Shown here one piece after another: positions 63,450 to 64,000 of a stretch of 64,000 nucleotides of DNA (positions are counted from its first letter, which is position 1; every line of letters starts with the position of its first letter). The stretch comes from an uncultured Pelagibacteraceae bacterium. Its GTDB lineage: Bacteria > Pseudomonadota > Alphaproteobacteria > Pelagibacterales > Pelagibacteraceae. The notes under the pieces were generated by a model that worked only from the letters and a program-made list of their open reading frames with translations, was not told the DNA's origin and did no database searches. The stretch is taken from assembly GCA_902612225.1 (NCBI GenBank), contig CACMCS010000003.1, positions 1,983 to 65,982 on the forward strand. The letters are read 5' to 3'. Both the position numbers and the translations under genes were made by a program.

Positions 63450-64000
63450 TAAATATTCCCAAAATTTCTTTTAATATTCTTATATTTCTTGATTATTTTA
63501 TAATAGTCTTTTTCATTAAAATCAGGCCACAATTTTTTCTCAAAAAAAATCTCTGAATAAGCTATTTGCCATAATAAGAAATTACTTAATCTTTTTGTAT
63601 TTCCAGTTCTAATCAGTATATCTGGATCTGGTATATTTTTTGTTTGTAAGTATTTTTTTAAATTTTTTTCATTAATCAATTCTTTATTTTTCTTTAATTC
63701 TTTAAAAGCATAGATTAATTCAGCTTTAGAACCATAGTTTAATGCTAAATTTATTTGTAGTCTTTTGTTCTTTGATGTTTTTGCCTCTGATAAATTTAAA
63801 AGACCAATTAATTTTGATGAAAATTTTTTTTTACCTATAATCTTTAACTTAATTTTTTGTTTATTAAGATCTTCAATTTTCTCTTTGAGAAAATTTTCCA
63901 ATAGATTAAATAGAAAATTGATTTCTTTTTTAGGCCTTTTCCAATTTTCTGTTGAAAAAGCGTACAAAGTAAGAAATTTAATATTATTCTTAATAGTTTC
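63449..64000 (-). CDS. uppS: Undecaprenyl diphosphate synthase; 5' end runs off the window
   Basis: TLYAFSTENWKRP, ALNYG, PDILIRTG and RLSNFLLWQ motifs; frame is open to the window edge. Confidence 0.95.
   Translation of the reverse strand, partial: ETIKNNIKFLTLYAFSTENWKRPKKEINFLFNLLENFLKEKIEDLNKQKIKLKIIGKKKFSSKLIGLLNLSEAKTSKNKRLQINLALNYGSKAELIYAFKELKKNKELINEKNLKKYLQTKNIPDPDILIRTGNTKRLSNFLLWQIAYSEIFFEKKLWPDFNEKDYYKIIKKYKNIKRNFGNI

Overview
AT-rich, very densely coded alphaproteobacterial chromosome segment. Gene content, protein composition and minimal intergenic spacing point to SAR11 / Candidatus Pelagibacter (inferred, not database-checked). The left end holds a partial Ldh_2/DpkA-like oxidoreductase and a znuA/znuCB-zur locus with tandem Zur boxes. 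About 4.0-21.6 kb is a phosphate-starvation accessory region. It contains an ArsR-less operon (3-TM mini membrane protein, arsC, AqpS-like aquaporin, Nudix), a Lys-rich coiled-coil microprotein, ppx/ppk1, an antisense sixA, phoB-phoU-pstBACS, an unknown exported protein, phoR, and a lipid-remodelling module (agt-like GT4, plcP, DAG-kinase family). These units share a recurring 11-bp-period Pho-box-like motif. One copy points into a gene-free interval ending in a hairpin, a candidate sRNA or micropeptide. The rest is core genome: manC, ilvD, valS, tRNA-Cys/Asn/Arg, an XRE regulator, aapJQMP, frameshifted trkH, trkA, ntrXY, ispDF-pgpA-cinA, ratA-lipA-ftsB-eno-kdsA-pyrG-secG-tpiA, ppiD-like-trpEGDC, lexA with an SOS-box array, gltX, and uppS-cdsA-dxr-bamA-skp-fabZ-lpxDAIB with no rseP. 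No CRISPR array, rRNA, integrase or transposase was seen. All calls come from motif recognition by eye.
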